Source: Candidatus Altimarinota bacterium
GTDB taxonomy: Bacteria > Patescibacteriota > Gracilibacteria > CAIRYL01
DNA: 64,000 nucleotides
Assembly (NCBI GenBank): GCA_965250085.1
Contig: OZ252287.1
Coordinates: 608,001-672,000 of the forward strand
Direction: 5' to 3'
The notes below the pieces were generated by a model. It worked only from the letters and a program-made list of their open reading frames with translations. It did no database searches and had not been told where the DNA came from. Position 1 is the stretch's first letter, and the number at the start of each line of letters is the position of its first letter. Of this stretch, positions 61,064 to 64,000 are shown one piece after another. The position numbers and the translations under genes were made by a program.

Positions 61064-62305
61064 ATGGCGGTTCAAGATCTGAGAGAAAAATTGACGGATG
61101 CAATTATAGCGGGAAACACTCCTCAGATTGTAAAAATATGTCTCACCATGGCACTTGAAATGGGTGCTTCTGATGTTCATGTAGAACCTGGAGAAAAAAT
61201 CGTTCGCATTCGATTTCGTATCGATGGCATCTTGAGAGAAATAATTGAATATCCTCATAATATACATTCGGCCGTGATTTCTCGTATAAAAATCATGTCT
61301 GGATTAAAAATCGATGAACAGAGAAAGCCACAAGATGGGCGTATGCAAATGGTTACTGAAAACCATAAGCAAATTGAACTTCGTGTCTCTACTTTGCCCA
61401 CAATAAATACAGAAAAAGCTTGTATGCGTTTGCAAGATAAAAACAAAAATATTCCTCCTCTTGAAAAACTAGGACTTAGAGGAAACAACTATAAAGCAAT
61501 GATGAAAACTATCAAAAATCCAAATGGAATTACGCTTGTGACAGGGCCTACCGGATCAGGAAAAACAACAACCCTCTACTCTATGATGGATGTATTAAAT
61601 AAGGTGGATGTAAATATTTTAACCATTGAAGATCCAGTAGAATACGAAATGCCCGGACTCTCACAGAGTCAAGTAAAGCCTGAGATTGATTATGATTTTT
61701 ACTTCGGTCTTCGTACAGCATTGAGGCAGGATCCAGATATCATCATGGTGGGAGAAATACGAGATCAGGAGACTATTGAAACTGCTATCAAAGCGGCTCT
61801 TACTGGCCATATGGTGCTCTCTACTATTCACACCAATTCTGCTGCATCAACAGTCACTCGTATTTTAGATATGGGGGTAAAGCCTTTTAAAATAACTGCT
61901 TCTCTTAGAACCATTCAGGCACAGAGATTGGTGCGAAAAATTTGCGAAAACTGTAAAGAAGAGTATGTGGCAGAATCAAAAGTAGCTGAGGAAATTGCTA
62001 AGGAACTCCAACAACTCCATGCTGAAGAAGATTTTGATCGCACTCTTTTACAAGATATGAAGCTCTATCGCGGAAAAGGCTGTGAAAAATGTGAACATAC
62101 TGGAATGAAAGGGCGAGTCGCTATTTTTGAAGTAATGACGATGACCAGGCAACTTGAAGAAATGATTCTCAATGGAAAGCATGAAAAGGATATTGAAGAT
62201 TTTGCTATTTCACAGGGAATGACAACGTTATTGCAAGATGGATACATCAAAACACTTTTGGGAGTAACAACTCTCGAAGAAATCTATAAAGTCGCGAACT
62301 CTTAA
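61064..62305 (+). CDS. pilB: Type IV pilus assembly ATPase (PilB/GspE, short form)
   Basis: ASDVH, PQDGR, GPTGSGKTT, EDPVE, LRQDPD, TGH and tetra-Cys. Confidence 0.93.
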   Translation: MAVQDLREKLTDAIIAGNTPQIVKICLTMALEMGASDVHVEPGEKIVRIRFRIDGILREIIEYPHNIHSAVISRIKIMSGLKIDEQRKPQDGRMQMVTENHKQIELRVSTLPTINTEKACMRLQDKNKNIPPLEKLGLRGNNYKAMMKTIKNPNGITLVTGPTGSGKTTTLYSMMDVLNKVDVNILTIEDPVEYEMPGLSQSQVKPEIDYDFYFGLRTALRQDPDIIMVGEIRDQETIETAIKAALTGHMVLSTIHTNSAASTVTRILDMGVKPFKITASLRTIQAQRLVRKICENCKEEYVAESKVAEEIAKELQQLHAEEDFDRTLLQDMKLYRGKGCEKCEHTGMKGRVAIFEVMTMTRQLEEMILNGKHEKDIEDFAISQGMTTLLQDGYIKTLLGVTTLEEIYKVANS

Positions 62306-62365
62306 CTCTTATTTCATAATTTTTTCCTTATACTAGCTACCTCTCAATTTTTAATTCCCCTCCCT

Positions 62366-63565
62366 ATGACAGACTCTCCTTCACTTCATATCGGCAAAGA
62401 CGAATACAAAGCAGTTAATATCACAGATGTAAGGCCTGCAAACCAGCAAATGTCTAGTGGAAGTCTGTTTGAGAGACTCAATGAGTGGGTTATCGTCAAA
62501 TCCCCTTTAAAACTCAAGGAAAAAGTTGCCTTCTTTCGACTTCTCGCAACTATGATCAATGCCGGTGTCTCACTGATCAAAGCGCTTTATATTTTAGAAG
62601 AACAAACTCAGGATCAGAAAATGAAGCGTATTTGTCAGTCCATTGCTCTTAAAATAGAACTCGGGCAAAAGCTTTCTCAGGGACTTGAAGATTATCCTGA
62701 AATCTTTACTGACTCAGAGATTGGAATGGTTCGCTCAGGAGAAGCTTCGGGAAGGCTCAATGATATTTTGATTACTCTTGCAGATGAAGTAGAAAAAAAT
62801 GCAAAGTTAAGAGGGAAAATAAAGGGCGCTATGATGTATCCCCTCGCAATTATTGTAGTAGTTATCGCCGTTTTTGTGACAGTAACAGTGCTTGTAATTC
62901 CAAAAATGCAAGCCATCTTTGAAACTGCTGGAGCAGAGCTTCCCTCAAGTACCAAGTTTTTAATGGCGATGAGTAATTTTTTCCGAGGATCCTTTTTTGG
63001 AATTCCGAATTTTATTTTTATTATTCTGGGAACTATTGGGCTCGGTGTCGCTTTTAAGATGTGGAAAAATACTGAATCAGGAAAGTATTATTGGGATAAG
63101 TTCTTTCTCAAAATTCCTATTTTTGGAACACTCAAGAGAAAATTGGTTCTCACTCAATTTGCCAATAATATTTCAACTCTGACCAAAAGTGGTATCTCTA
63201 TTGTAAAAACCCTTAAAATTACTTCTGATGTTGTAGGCAATGAAGTATACAAAAGACGTATCCTTCTCATTGCTGAAGATGTAAAACAAGGTATTACTAT
63301 TGGAGAAAACATAAAAGGAGACATCAAAATATTTCCCACTATGCTGGTATCTATGATCGCTATTGGTGAGCAAACTGCTCAGTTGGATACCGTGACGGCA
63401 AAAGTAGCAGATTTTTATCAGGATGAAGTAGACACGATGGTCAAATCTCTCTCCTCTCTTATGGAGCCATTCATTATTGTTTTTATAGGAGGAATTGTAG
63501 GATTTATGGTAAGTGCCATCATGCAGCCGGTATTACAACTGAGTGATGTTGCTTCCAGTCTATAG
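62366..63565 (+). CDS. pilC: Type IV pilus platform protein (PilC/GspF)
   Basis: GEASGRL, AMMYP, IGEQT and LMEP. Confidence 0.93.
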   Translation: MTDSPSLHIGKDEYKAVNITDVRPANQQMSSGSLFERLNEWVIVKSPLKLKEKVAFFRLLATMINAGVSLIKALYILEEQTQDQKMKRICQSIALKIELGQKLSQGLEDYPEIFTDSEIGMVRSGEASGRLNDILITLADEVEKNAKLRGKIKGAMMYPLAIIVVVIAVFVTVTVLVIPKMQAIFETAGAELPSSTKFLMAMSNFFRGSFFGIPNFIFIILGTIGLGVAFKMWKNTESGKYYWDKFFLKIPIFGTLKRKLVLTQFANNISTLTKSGISIVKTLKITSDVVGNEVYKRRILLIAEDVKQGITIGENIKGDIKIFPTMLVSMIAIGEQTAQLDTVTAKVADFYQDEVDTMVKSLSSLMEPFIIVFIGGIVGFMVSAIMQPVLQLSDVASSL

Positions 63566-63759
63566 TATTACATACTATTTTTGAGAACTTGACAAACACT
63601 GCTCCCTATGACCTAAGAAATATTGCTTGTTTTTTAAACGGAGAAATGGTATACTGGTGGGTGAAGATGTAGACAAAAATATATTTTTCTTTAAAAATTC
63701 TGTTCTCATTTTTGATTTCTTTTTTTCCTTTTTTTTTATCTTTTTATCCCTTTTTTCTT

Positions 63760-64000
63760 ATGAAGAATACAAAAGGTTTTACCCTTATCGAGCTTCTCGT
63801 GGTGATTGCCATTATTGGTATCCTCGCGACCGGAGCTGTTACTGTATTTTCTCAGGCTCAAGCAAAAGCTCGTGATGCCGTGAGACTTGCAGATCTCAAC
63901 ACACTCCGCAGTGCTGTAGAGGTCTATAGAGCTGACAATACCACCTATCCAGATGGTACCAGCGCCACTACCTTTGACTCTGCTATTGAAGGACCTTATG
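63760..64000 (+). CDS. Type IV pilin, 3'-truncated by the window end
   Basis: MKNTKG|FTLIELLVVIAIIGILA...KARDAVR, read directly from the sequence (absent from the ORF track). Confidence 0.92.
   Translation, partial: MKNTKGFTLIELLVVIAIIGILATGAVTVFSQAQAKARDAVRLADLNTLRSAVEVYRADNTTYPDGTSATTFDSAIEGPY

Noticed and set aside
4640-64000. Genetic code 25 (UGA=Gly), as in Gracilibacteria/Absconditabacteria
   Set aside because: Conserved genes are full length under code 11, and several (glmS, thyA, yidC, nrdR) end at TGA at the expected position.
1-64000. CRISPR array, rRNA, or a complete DGR (RT plus TR)
   Set aside because: I saw no regularly spaced repeats, rRNA-like sequence, reverse transcriptase or AAC-rich template repeat.

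Overview
This window reads as two compositionally different segments. (1) Positions 1 to ~4.63 kb are a GC-richer mobile-element segment whose genes carry Shine-Dalgarno sequences. It holds a tyrosine integrase next to what looks like a complete attP site: the 3' half of tRNA-Thr(CGT), identical arm-type repeats on both sides, and IHF-like boxes. (2) Positions ~4.64-64 kb are AT-rich chromosome, mostly without Shine-Dalgarno sequences. The gene content points to a Patescibacteria/CPR (Peregrinibacteria-like) genome, and TGA is used as a stop, so this is code 11. Housekeeping genes include glmS, rpsT, ftsH, ribD, serS, rlmD, a double-OB ssb, yidC, rpe, rpiB, lgt, a frameshifted gdhA, thyA, dnaB, nrdR and a type IV pilus cluster. 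The strongest lead is a 7-kb signalling island: a zinc-finger GNAT and a tandem AdoMet-decarboxylase-fold protein are apparently co-transcribed with a 7TM histidine kinase, beside four receiver proteins and a Spo0B/ChpT-like pseudo-kinase. This is a candidate signal-synthesis, sensing and phosphorelay system. Other leads are an orphan DGR-target-like gene cut off from its promoter by IS30, three Cys-rich paralogues with a YhhQ transporter between REP-like palindromes, a TyrA-PheA fusion, and a RelE-type toxin-antitoxin pair with a clear operator. All calls come from motif recognition by eye; no searches were run.
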